This document shows, one piece after another, positions 10,871 to 23,730 of a stretch of DNA of 64,000 nucleotides. The notes beneath the pieces are model-generated. The model was not told where the DNA came from. It ran no database searches and worked only from the letters and a program-made list of their open reading frames with translations. The DNA comes from Epiperipatus broadwayi (Eukaryota; Animalia; Onychophora), in contig JAQFVV010000007.1 in NCBI GenBank assembly GCA_028023455.1, forward strand, positions 1,426,001 through 1,490,000, given 5' to 3'. Numbering within the stretch: the first letter of the stretch is position 1; every line of letters starts with the position of its first letter. A program made the position numbers and the translations under genes.

Positions 10871-13800
10871 TTAGTGTGAATAAAGTTGTTATTTGAAACT
10901 AAAATTCTATTTCATTATTAGTTTGCTTTTTATTTTAAAAAAAAGCATTTTATAATAATTATACTACTTTTACAGTTGATAAGCAAAATATAAATCTTTC
11001 AGAATTTATTCGAATGAAAGTTCATAACTTAAATAAAGAATGTCTCTTTTCTTTTTAAAATATTCTGCACTTAAATCCATAACAGATAAATGCAATTCAA
11101 GATATTAAACAGTTTTTTTTTTTTTTTTTTAAACGAAATAGAATCGTGATAATTAATATAATAATAAAAAAATATATTCTTATTCTAAAACTGTACTTTC
11201 AACTGTATTCCATTTTTTAACAACCACCAACAAACTGCTTAGGTTTTTTTTTCACGTTCAAAATCAACAAACTTTTACTCTTTTTTTTTTACTCTTTTAA
11301 ACAAAAGAAACTTGGTTAACATAATTTGAGTCAGATTATTATTATTTCTGTCATGTCATGATTGGAACTCTTAAATCTTCCTGTATCAATGTGTGTGTGT
11401 GTAGATATTTTATTCCACATTTAATAAAAAATAAATAAATTAGTTCATTCCTTTATGAATGTATGGTTATTTATATATATACATGCCTCAAGATATCCTA
11501 ATAATTATTTAATGTGTTTAAAATGCTGGCTGCCTATCTAATCTTTATAATCTTAGCTTGTCATTCCAAAACATCAGTTGTTATTATTTTTTTTGTATAA
11601 GGATTGGGTATTACCATACAATACCCTAAGCATTGCCTTTAACCCATGTCCTGGCAAAATAAATGCGCCATCTTGTAAATTCCTTACCTGCAGAATTGAT
11701 AATTATAGAATCTCATTAAAAGTAAATCAACTGTCAACTTAAATTTTGATTTATTAATTATTATGTTAATTATATTCTAGATTGGACTTCTAATGTGTTA
11801 ATCATTAAATAGTACCATTAGTTAATAAAGTATATGAAATATATATGCATAATGAAAATAAGAATCAATGTTTATCTTCAACTTCTTTTCAGAATAATAA
11901 AATGCTGAAGTTAACAGATAGAACTATGATTGTTTATAGATCCAGCAACATACTAGAATTACAATTGGAAGTTGATAAATATATATATATATATGGAATA
12001 TATTTCATGTGGAAAAAAATATTTATCAATCACATAATACTGCAGATGTGTAAAAAAAAAAGAAAGGAAAAGGGTAAAGTAATCATATTGAAAATTTTGT
12101 TTATATTGAAATCATGAACATATATAAAAAAAAAAAACTATTATGGTCTATTTTAATAATTTTATTCTTAAGATAAAAAAGCTACAATTGTTGAATAATA
12201 ATAATAAATAAGCAGTGTATAACTTTGGTTAATTTAAATGCATTAAATATATATATATATATTTTATATGGGTAATACTTGACCATTCAATTAGGACTTG
12301 ATAAACATCAAGCCCAATCATAAGGTTACAATATATATTCACGAATTAAAATAGTCATTTACAAATGCTTGTTGATGACCACAAATAAATCACTTGGAAA
12401 AGACCACTGATTAAAAAAAATTTGATTAATACATTAATTAAAAAATTAAAAACAAGTTTAGGAATAACATTAATGATATACAGTATTCTAGAACTGACAA
12501 AATTTTTAGTTTGGTCGAAATAAAAATTTTAAAAATACAAGAAATTCTACACCAGGGAAAAAATATTTCATTAAATTAAAAGAAAATATTAAAAAAGTTT
12601 TAAATTTGTTAGATAAAAAAATAAATATGAATAAAAACAAGAATAAATGATCATATACATTTAAACAAAAGATGAGAAACATTCAAGGATTTAAAAGAAA
12701 ACTGCATTACAGATACTAAGTTATGAAAAACGTAAAAGATAAAAATAATGTTGGGATAACAATAAGATAATTAATAAAATAATAAAGAAGAGAAGAAAAT
12801 TAAAAAAATAAATAGTGTAGCAGATAGAAGTGTATATAGAAAAATTAACAGTTAATTAAGATATAAATTATTTGAAGCTAGAAAAGTACATTTAGAAAAG
12901 GAATTAAAATATAAGATAGTTGAATTTTGTATATTAGAAATAAACCCTTTGGGCGTAAAAAGTAAAAATTAATAAATGAAAACAACAACTGAATCAAAGA
13001 AATGGAAAATTATTTATAGAGAGTAAATATATTCAAAAGATGACAAATAATAATAAGCATCTGTAATAAAAACTTGAAATTCGAATCATGCTAAAGTTTT
13101 GAACCCAAATCTACCTGTTTGAAAAATTATATTCATCTGAACCAATTCAGTAATTATATATTTTAGATTCTTTAACTATAGGCATCTTATTTTCCCTGAC
13201 ATGTTAGATGTAGTAACAACAAACTACACCCAACTTAAACAATATGAAATCAAAGCAGCTCTCTATTTTATTGCCATCTAGTATAAGGTTGAGTAATTAG
13301 TGATTACCAAATGCATTTACAAACTCGATCCTATTCAAATTCCAATTCTCAGAATGGTTACTAATTTTTGTCTTTATTACTGACCAAAGCATACACAAGA
13401 TAATAGCAAAGTGAAAAGCTGCTTTTGTTTTACATTGTTTAAGTTAGACGCTTGATGACTTGTAACACTTTGGGCAGGGAAATAAGGTATCTATAATTAA
13501 TGAAGAACTGAATGTATTAAAGTATATAATTTTTGAACTGGTTTCAGAACTATGTAATTATTCAAGTACACTGACTTGGGTGCAAAATCTTTGACTGATT
13601 TAAATTTCACGTTTTTAGCTTCATAGATAAAGTTGAATTAAAGATAGTTGTTACAAGCATATATGCATTCTTTATAACTGTATCCCACACCTTAGTAGTA
13701 AATTTCAGCGGATGGGCATTCAAATACTAACAATAGGGATTTTATATGCATTTGGTAATCAATAATTACTTAAAAATAGATGGTAGTAAAGTGGAGAACT

Positions 13801-14149
13801 GTTTTTGTTTCAAGAGAATTAATTGCTATTTATAAGGATTCAAAAAATGGCCGATAGGTTTTCTTTCAACACTAATAATTCCCTTAATACAATGAAGTGT
13901 AAAGGTGTAATCTCATAGCAATGCATCTAAATAAATATTCAAAAAATAATAATAATAATATTCTGGTTTTTTTACTTCCTATATGTGCCTCTTCTTTAAG
14001 ACTAAATTAATTTTAAAAATGTCTTGTATCTTTCTATTTTGATTTGCAGCTAAAGTGTTGCTAAGAATTCTGATTATATGTATTTAAAATAGATAATGCT
14101 GATTTTTGAAAAGCAGTTTGGTTTATAAAAATAAAAGAGATGCAATTGC

Positions 14150-14900
14150 AATGATAAAGAATATGCTGAAAGAGAAAGGAAAATTAATAATTGTTTCACT
14201 GATCTTAAAAAGGTATTTGAAAGAGTAAATTGGATCATTTTGTAATGGATATTTTGAAGATGAATGGTAAAAAATACAGATAAAAAAAAATTTTCTTAAA
14301 AAAGAAATAAGTATAAAACAGGAACATTGCTCATCTGATTTTTTAATACTCTGATTTAGATGAATTATTAAAAAAATTTTAACAAAAGTTACGTAGAATT
14401 AATTAAATTTTTAGAAAGTTTGAAATAAAAATGACTGCATGTAAATTTTAAAAAATATCCATAAGTGTAAATAATAAAAATTAAAAATATTAGTTGGACA
14501 GAAATATTTAGTTAGTTGGGTATCTGATAATGAAAATGTTAGAATGAATACTGCAAGGACAAAAGACTTTTAATGAAAAGTATGAGTTTACTTTATGACC
14601 CATTAAAGTTACATTTTCAAAAATGAAGCAGACTGATCATTTGAAAAAAAAGAAGATTGAGTACTTTGAAGATGTGGATTTGGAGAAAAATGGACAAGTA
14701 CATTGGAATAGTAGAATTAATAATATCAAAGTATTGAGGAGAATAAATGAAAGGATATTATTAAAATGATTTATGAAACAAATGACAATAAAATTGACCA
14801 ATTTGTGAAGGGAAAAGAAAAAAGGAAGACAGAGGCTGAACAATGATTTATAAGGAAGGAATAATTATAAGTATTTAAAATAAAGCTAAAGACAAAAGAT
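14150..14900 (+). mobile_element. Highly decayed RTE-like LINE fragment
   Basis: Scattered RT C-terminal remnants (DLKKVFERVNW-like; W..RIN..EVLRRI-like), with many stops. Confidence 0.4.
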
Positions 14901-15187
14901 TAATAAACTGATGTGTGAAACTCACCATAATAGCTTATTTAAGAATACAAATATAACTAAATCTATTATTTCCTTTATTTTGCTGTAATGTTTTATATAT
15001 TTTACTTCAAATACTTTATAGCAGAAAAAATTAATTATATATAAATACCCACAATCTAACATTTTAACTGACCTACAGTCTTTCTCAGAGCTATTACTAT
15101 TTCAATTTCTTAAAAATTTCCAAAGAACAATAATTTTTTTAAAACACTTTTTTTTTTTTTGGAAACTTTTTAAGAAACTGGCATAGT

Positions 15188-15230
15188 ATTAGATCTGAAG
15201 AGGACTGCAAACCAGTCGAATCATAAGATA
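15188..15230 (+). ncRNA. Degenerate Penelope-type hammerhead ribozyme relic
   Basis: CTGAAGA-G-GACTG/caaac/CAGTC-GAATCATA. The stem II sequence is the same as in the 56069 motif, but GAAAC GTA is mutated, so it is probably inactive. Confidence 0.55.
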
Positions 15231-16112
15231 GTGTGTCTGTATATATATATTTTCTATAAAGTGCTTGAAGTAAGGTTTACAAATTGTATTTATATAATAC
15301 AAATATAAGTGTAGTATTTAAATTTAATATAAATGAACCATTACACATTTCTGCTAAAAATATAAAAAATTAATCAGATCAATACTAAAAAATGGATATT
15401 ATTGAGATATAAAAAAATTCTATTTATTAGCAATTATTTTTAATTCTAAAAAAAAAAAAAAAAACAGAGAGAGAAAATAAATAGGCTTTGTAGTATTTCA
15501 ACCACTTTACTCATTGCATTTTTAATTAACTCTTAACTTATTTATAGTAGCTTTTAATTTTAAAAGACTGCTTGATAAAAAAAAAATTTTTTTTAAAAAG
15601 CACAAGTAAATGTTTTACAATTAATATTAATTTTCATCCCTCAAATAATGTAAATAATTTTCTCAACAAAAAAAATAGCATACTATTTTTAAATGATATA
15701 AAAATATAAATTTGCATTAAGAGGAAAGGTAAACTATGAAAATTTTGAAAAGCTTTGTTTAATTTAATACATTTGTCTGTGATTTCTTTCCAATTTCATT
15801 TCACAGTCAATATTTTGATACAAAGGAAGTGATTATTTGTTTGCATTATTTAATATTTTATTTGTTCAAAATGACCTTCTATTCTACATTATCAAAAGAA
15901 TGGCTTATTTAAAAATCAAAATATTTTAATTACCAATAAATATAAAGATCATATATATAATTATTTTTCTGTTGATATTTTCCCCATCTCTTTAAACAAT
16001 TTGGAAATGAGTAACAAACTAAGATATATGAAGAAAATATATACTATGACAAAATAAATAAAAGAATAAAATATGATGCTATCTTGCAATAGCTTTTATA
16101 AACAAAACTTAC

Positions 16113-16241
16113 TTTGGGGGTTTGCAATATGACACCAAATGCACTAAATGTATCATAGAGAAGCTTTTCATCAACTTCAGGATCCAAATTGCCAATGAAG
16201 ACATTGGCGCCTACATCCAAATTTTTTTGATGAGCCGATGC
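16113..16241 (-). CDS. SF3B4: SF3B4 coding exon 4 ([46 protein letters not shown]2 start)
   Basis: 129 nt, flanked by ataatttcag| and |gtaagt; phase 0 at both ends. The next expected peptide (IMRDP...) was not found in 1-16112. Confidence 0.98.
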
Positions 16242-17772
16242 CTGAAATTATAAAATTATTAAATTTATAATTTTAAAAATAACCTATATTTCTTTAAAAT
16301 TAAACTAGATTTTGATTTTAATTTATATATATATAACTGACATCTGGACACTTATAGCAATTATAATTTAATATATATATTGAATGCAATGATATATAAA
16401 TGATCATATGGGGCATCGTCTGCATCATTTATGATAACAATGATAAAAATGCAGTTTGATAGTAAAAACAAGTCTGGTTTACTAATTTAATAATCCCTTT
16501 ACCCAGAATTTATTATATTATACTGAGTATTAAATCAATGGTCAGCAAAAAAGTTGCAGCCGGGAACCACAGGAGAAGTGCCAAAAATTGTTACATTAAC
16601 CATTACTACAAAAGAATTATTTTATTATATTTATTTATATTTTTATCACATGTGATAAAAAGAAACTTTCCTTTCTTTACAACAAAAAATATACAAAAAA
16701 TGTTCATATTTTTCACTTGTTATATATATTTTATTTTCCTTTATGGGTGCATCACTTTATATTTACAAATTGTCTACTTGTAATTGTTCTTTTCTCTCCT
16801 CTAAGACCTATAAACTTTGCTGCTATTCTGTTTATTTTAAAATGAAATCTCTTAATTTTATATTTTTCTTATTTATATCTTCATATTTAGCATATGCCAA
16901 GTAACCATCCTTTATAATCCAGTTTTTACAAATATTTTATTATTATTTGATCAATGATATCCACAATGCATTTTGACTTATTATAAAATGACATAATTTT
17001 TTTTTTCATGTTATTACCAATGTAAATTGATGTGTATAATGTATTAAAAGACATTAATGTAAATTTCCCTTAGTCCCTTTTTAATAGTATTATTTCATAC
17101 AATGAACCTAACATCAGGAAGTTTTTTTCTTGTTCTATTTATTGTACCTTACAAATGTATTTACATTTGCTGTTTTTTCTATTGGTTTTGAATTGATAAA
17201 TTATAGTTAACCATAATATATCTTCTCTTGTAGATATATGATTCTAAGAGTATCAAACAATATATTCAAATAATATTTGATCACTGAGTTCTTGTGCCAT
17301 ACTTTTCTAAATATGGAAATACATTTAGCATATTTAATTTTAATGTAACTTTACTGTAAATTTCCCAGTTTTTGTTGCTTGTCCATTTCTGTCTCTCCCG
17401 ATGAATAACAATTTTGTAAATAAATAAAATTATTCAGGATTTTAAAAACCAAAGCAAATTTAAGAAGTTTTAAGTGATTTTTTTTCTTGGTGATTTGATA
17501 TCAATTTCTAAATATTTTATGATTTTTCTAAATCACTTTCCTGATGCGATTTCATTTAAAAATGCAGTCCCAAGAATTAAATCATAAACTATTCAGTTCC
17601 AATTTTGCAATGTAAACTACCATGCATAAAGAACTGCAATTACTGTATAATAATTATTCTACAAAGAATTTCAGATCATTATTTTCCAGTTATTGTCAGG
17701 CTTCTATTAATACAATTCTTTATTGATTTTATCAAAATTGGAAAAGAATAAATATCTTTATGCTGTTCTTCC

Positions 17773-17984
17773 ATAAAATAATAATCATAAAATAATAAAT
17801 TCTTTGCAACAGCTATATAAATATCAAATTTTTTTAATATACATAGTTTGTAAACATAATAAATTATTAACATTTGAAAAGGGCATCAAATCAGGTGGTG
17901 AAAAAGGCTTTTTATGTATTTTTAAAAATTTGATATTTATATAGCTGTTGTAAAGAATTTATTATTTTCTGATTATTATTTTAT
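17773..17984. repeat. Inverted repeat (~72-bp arms, ~67-bp spacer), MITE/fold-back-like
   Basis: 17773-17845 is the reverse complement of 17913-17984 with a few mismatches. Confidence 0.8.
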
Positions 17985-18538
17985 TGACTTCAATATAGAG
18001 TCATAAAAGAAACAGTCTATAGAAATTATTTAATTGTGCTTATTTTTTGTTGAAGCAGGTTTATTTATTTGCTAAATTTTACTAATTTTCGGTGCTCCAT
18101 TTTAATTTCTAATGTCATGCATATTTTGTTAGAATCATTAACAAACTTCATTACCATTATTATAGTCAGATGATGATATTTATTTTCTAAACTTGCAGCT
18201 GATAGTGGCTGAAAATCAAGCTGAAGTTTAAATTCAAAATTAAGTATCTTACAAGATCGTAGATTTGTTTTTTCATTATATTTATGTTTAAGAAGATAGA
18301 TTAAAGTCAATAAGGTAAATTTCAATCTGTTTGAGCAAAATTGAAAATAAAAATCAGCCATTTCTGTCATGTTATGGCTAGTACTATAATTCCGGACAGA
18401 CGCGTAGCGGTAACAACTGAGATTAGCGAGCGCGCGACATCGCTCTTATGTTAGAGAACACGTGTAGTTAATAAAGTTTGATAGTTATCTAAACTGTGGG
18501 TATTTATTAATTTAGATATTACGGCTAAGAACATAACA

Positions 18539-18552
18539 TGGTGTCAGGAGTG
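18539..18552 (+). promoter_or_regulatory. Primer binding site complementary to tRNA-Leu(CAG)
   Basis: TGGTGTCAGGAGTG directly after the 5' LTR. Confidence 0.85.
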
Positions 18553-20158
18553 AATTAAAGTAATAATAGTAAAAAAAATATTTCTATAAAACAGTGAGTA
18601 TTTAAATATTGATAAAAATAGTTTTAATAGCAATGTTTTCTTTCATATCAAATTTGCCGAAATACAAAATGGCGTCACAATTCGATCGTTTTTACAATAT
18701 CAAACCGCTATCTATAGAAGGAAATATGTCAGTCAAACAGACTGAATGGAAATAATTATTCCTAAATTTCCTAGAGGCAACAGAAAACGATATGAAATCA
18801 GATAAAATAAAATTAGAAATATTACGTCATCTCATTGGAAAAGAAGAGAGAGATGTAATAAAAACATTAGACCACATGAACCCAGAAGATAAAACAAAAT
18901 TGCTATCCATCTTAAACCAAATGGATAAATATTTTAACACCATGAAAACAACATTATATGACAGAATAAAAGCATATACAATGGAACCACATGAGGGACA
19001 ATCGATTGATCACTTTCTTACTCGCTTAAAAGTAGTAGTTGAAAAAGCTGACTTCGGGGATCAAAAACAAAATATCATCCGAGATAGAATTATAATGGTA
19101 CAAAAAAGAAGAAGGACTAAAAGACAGATTATTTGAAAAAGGAAATATTACATTAGAAAAAGCACTGGAAATAATATGTGGACATGAAACTAGAAGATTC
19201 AAAAATGAATTACTGGGTAAGTCTGAACTATGTATTAACGTAATAGCGAAAAATACAACAAACGTACGCAATTGTCAAAAGTGCAACCATAATCACCCAA
19301 AACGTGAGTGTCCCGCATTTGGTAAAAAATGCTATAATTGTGGAAAGTTAAACCACTTTGCCAATAATTGCCGTACGAGAAGCTATGACCATAAAATTTT
19401 AAAAACACAAAAATGCTCAAACACAAGATATAAAAATATTAATAGAAATGGACGTTATGTGCACGAAGTACATGATACTACGACATTGGAATCATCATAT
19501 ACCAGTGATGTTGAAAATACAATTGCATATGTCAGACATGCAAACTCAACTCATTCATTTAATGACTAGTATGAACAGATTTTATTAGACAACAATAAAG
19601 TAAAAATAAAAAGATGCAGGAGCTGATGTAAACATTATGTCTAAAAAAGTGGTTAATACTATTCATCCACAACCAATAATATACAAAACAAAAAAGAAAT
19701 TACGCGCTTTTGGAGGATCATTTCTTACTCCAATAGGAAAAGCAAAACTTCAATACAAAATAAACAAAGATCTGCGTAATTTACGTTTTATAATAATAAA
19801 AGAAGATGAACCAACATTTCTTAGTGGCCGTGATTGTGAGTTATTAGGTTCAATTAAACGCAACAAAATTACAGTACAAAAAGTAACGTTGAAAAATAAA
19901 AGTAAAAATGATCAAAATATAACCATCACCAAAGATAAAATAACAAAGAATAGAAAAGATAATAAAAGTATTAAAACACAGGAAATAAAAGAAAATGAAA
20001 ACTTCAAGTCTATATATGAGAAATACAAAGATGTTTTTCAAGGTGTGGGTTATGAAGGTGAACACCACCTCACAGTAGACCCAACATTTAAACCAGTTGT
20101 CCATGCACCTAGATTAATTCCACTAAGTATATATGAACAATTACGTGAGGAATTAAAA

Positions 20159-20698
20159 AAATTGGAAGATATTCGTTTACAACATGAAATATTAAAGAAA
20201 TTGGTGAAGAACAGTCCCATCAATTAATTGAAAAGGAGAGAGAAGTACAGCGAAAATTTCAATTAGCAAAGGAAGCGGAATGGCATAAAATCACTAATAT
20301 AAAAGCTGAAATGTTAGAATTAGAAAATAAAATTCAAGAGTTAGAAAGATACAAAATTGATGAAAGTAATCAAAAGCAAGTTGATGTTAAAAAAAACTGA
20401 AGATAATGCCAGGCTAGCTATTCACAATAAAGAATTACTTGAAAATGAATGTAATGTGTTAAGAATCAAAGTTCACAAACATCAATCTAGTGTAGAAGAA
20501 TTAGAGAAAGAATAAAGTTTGAATTCTGAATTACATCAACAGATTCAACAGCTTAAAGACGATCTTCACAGTTTATCAGTTGTTCATCAGGATTTGCGAT
20601 TACAAAATAGCAAATTAAAATCTTCTATTGATTTATTAACAAATGAACTAAAAGTTGCCAAAGCTGATTTTATCAAAATGAAGAACACAGCTGAAAGA
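20159..20698 (+). pseudogene. CEP83: Captured CEP83 (CCDC41)-like coiled-coil coding fragment, 180 codons
   Basis: After correcting a -1 shift (~20205) and a +1 shift (A-run 20389-20396), the peptide KLEDIRLQHEILKKLVEEQSHQLIEKEREVQRKFQLAKEAEWHKITNIKAEMLELENKIQELERYK...ELEKE*SLNSELHQQIQQL aligns without gaps to human CEP83 as recalled ([66 protein letters not shown]...NAEKEKNENSDLKQQISSL); 58/180 identities by manual count. Confidence 0.8.
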
Positions 20699-23404
20699 TT
20701 CACAACAACTCCACAGACACAAGAACCGGATGAGGAGACATAGTTGCTCGTACCTGAGACAGACAAATCACCACCAGCAACATCAAATGATAATGGCACA
20801 GCAATAAGGATAATACCAGCTGAATGTTTCGAGATGAGAGAAAAATCAAACAGAAGAAGAAGGCCTCCAGTATAATTAAAAGACTATGTTTGTAAATAAA
20901 ATTTAAAAAAAAGATAATTGTCATGTTATGGCTAGTACTATAATTCGGGACTGATGCCTAGCGGTAACAACTGAGATTAACGAGTACGCGACATCGCTCT
21001 TATGTTAGAGAACACGAGTAGTTAATAAAGTTTGATAGTTATCTAAACTGTGTGTATTTATTAATTTAGATATTACGACTAAGAAAATAACAATTTCAAA
21101 GTTGTCAAAATCTTTATCAAGCTAAATTTAAAATAATTATTAATTAAATATAAATTTTAAATATATATTCATTAATATGACCAAAAATTTTGAAATTTTT
21201 AAAATTCTAAATTGTTTGTTTTTTTAATTATAATGTCGTAAACATATATAAAAAAAATTCTCATTATAATAAAATTAGTGTTCATAAGTGCATCTTTTGA
21301 TAAAAGAAATCTATTAGAGACGCATAGAGTTCGAATAAACAGAACTAACACCCCATCAAAAACTAACAAATACAGTAGTATTTACTGATGCATATATCAT
21401 CACAAGATGATGTTTAACCTTATAAATAAGGCATAAGGGAAATAGAAATTAAGTTATAAAAAATAACTTCATTTTGTTTTAAGTAGGATACATTAAACAA
21501 TATATATATATTTTTTAAAAAAGTAATCATTAATATAAAAGAAAATTCAATTATTCTAAATTCTTCAAATTTTATTACATTAACCTTTCATTTAATGGAA
21601 TTACAATTGCTGAAAGAAAATCTACGAATCACATTCTTAAATCAAAATATAAATATCATCTAATTCTCTTAAGCTTTTTTCTTTTGCACTAACAATCCCT
21701 TTGGAATCTCAATAATTTCCCGAGCTTTACTAAATAAACATCATCTCATCGATTTCTTCATTACTCATTTTATTTAAAAGATATTATTTTCAATTAATAT
21801 AGATAAGAGCATGTTATCAGCAATATATCATATATTTTCCTCATTTTTTGAGACCAATCTCTTTCTTTATTATTATCTTACCAATCTTTCCTTTAATAAT
21901 TATATTGTTTCTATGACAACTGCTTTTCCCACTTTAACCTGTTTGTTTATACTACTACACATTAAATCAAATTTACATCTTTCTTCTTTCCAATTATTTT
22001 TCACATTGCAGATAAATTAAATGTTAGAAATATGATAGTTCAAACTACCTGGCAGAATGTATTTGGTTTAAAAATAAATTATTTTATCTTACTGTTCAGA
22101 TATTGTTTAACTAAATCAATCAGCATGCTAAACAAACTAAAATCTACAATAAGGATAAGTTTTTCTGTTTGAAGCATATATTATTAGCTCAGAAGCAATA
22201 GGATGCTTTCATAACAGTATGTGATACACATTAGAACCCAATAATCAATATTACATGGAGACACCACCATTAAATGTTACTATTAAAAAATATAATGAAC
22301 TGGTATCAAAACTGTAATTATATATACCTGAATGTTAGATCTTATGTATATAAAAGAACTAAGACATAGAAACTATCTCTAACTATGTTTTCCGTTTTTA
22401 AAATAATGGTCTTTAAAACAGTTTATAGATGGTTTCAATGAGCAGATACACTACAGATCTGATAGTGAAGTTTTTCATTTGAATTATTTAAAAACAAAAG
22501 GATGGTCTAGTGATCATTCATGATGTTTTTTAAGCAAACTATAAAGATTGGATTGGTAATTAATTTCAAAAAAACTTGAGGATTTTATCAGCTAATGCTG
22601 GAAAAAAAAAAAAAAATCAACACCAAGTTTTATCTGGGATAATTATCAAGTTTGAGATGTAAATCGATATAAATATTTTGCTATCTTTTTAAGTTCTTAT
22701 TGATGAATTTAGCAAGTTAAAATAAAATATTTCATTATAGTGTTATAATTATTTAAATATTGATCAGGGTTTGTTATTATGCCAAATTTATTGTATTAAA
22801 GTGAGAGATAGATCCTTTATGGATATAAGATAAAAGCAGATATAAGATAAAAGTAAAAATTTCATTTGAAGATGCTCCATAAGATTTAAAAAATATGATG
22901 GCAAGATCATTACAATGGTCACTATGTTTTTAGCTTCCTGGATATACTGATGTTTAATCTACTACTATAAGATATATCTTCATGGGACTGGGCATATGAA
23001 ATGAATCAATAGAAAAAGACTGACTAACGGATTAGTATAATATAGACATATATATTTGGATATGTTTAAATTTCAGATAGGTATACATAGTTATCACAAG
23101 ACTCATCTTTAACTTTTGTGTTCTTTATCTTTTTTTTATTTTTCTGTTGTTTGAATAGTAAATGGTTGCTAATGATAATAATAATTATTAAATCTAATAA
23201 GACTTTTTTATATTTAAAATAGCATAGCTGACTTAAGCAATATCTCTCCAATAAGTTCACAGAGAATATAATCATTTGGAAAACATTTTAAATTAATAAA
23301 AAGTTTTAATTTACTTTGAAATAATCTTTAAAATATCATCTAATAATGAGACTATTCTAGAAATAATTACATATCTATATACATCTAATAAATATCCTCC
23401 TTAC

Positions 23405-23550
23405 CTTATTGACCCGAATAGGTTTTCCATAAAGTTTGATCATGTTCATTATCTTGATGGCATAGTCTGCATCCTCTTCCCCCATAAATTCAACAAATCC
23501 ATAACCTTGATGTAACTGAGTCACTCTGTCTTTTGGCATGTGCACATTAA
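23405..23550 (-). CDS. SF3B4: SF3B4 coding exon 3 ([49 protein letters not shown])
   Basis: 146 nt, flanked by attgatttag| and |gtaagg. Phase fits exon 2 across a 33,035-nt intron; contains the RNP1 motif QGYGFVEF. Confidence 0.98.
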
Positions 23551-23730
23551 CTAAATCAATGAAATTAGAATATTATGAAAAGATTTGCATATATATTTGT
23601 ACATTATATATGGAACAACATATTTGCATATTTATTTAAAAATAATTCTTTAGAATCTACTTGCAATTTATCTTAATAACATATTCAGACATGATAATTG
23701 TTCATATCATATATATTGAAACAGAATATT

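Larger units (their letters stand above)
18365..21092 (+). mobile_element. Non-autonomous Mag-clade-like Ty3/Gypsy element with 174-bp LTRs and a captured host coding fragment
   Basis: LTRs 18365-18538 and 20919-21092 (TGTCATGT...ATAACA; 11 substitutions by manual count), 5-bp TSD ATTTC. Degenerate gag from ATG 18669 with double zinc knuckle CPAFGKKCYNCGKLNHFANNC, protease D.GADVNIM, start of RT, and integrase tail RRPPV*LKDYV. Confidence 0.95.

Noticed and set aside
11595-11700. CTTACCTG (U1 snRNA 5'-end-like) and two hairpins suggesting an H/ACA snoRNA
   Set aside because: No U1 similarity beyond the 8-mer, and no ANANNA hinge between the hairpins. Better explained as a splice-site motif on the minus strand.
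12600-13050. Purine-rich stretches suggesting further LINE relics (also ~17000, ~21700, ~43500)
   Set aside because: Too decayed to assign boundaries or family by eye.
1-16112. Search for SF3B4 exon 5 (IMRDP...NGQYLCNR)
   Set aside because: No matching minus-strand codons were found; the TTGACCATTCAA hit at ~12280 translates to an unrelated peptide. The exon is presumed to lie beyond the window.
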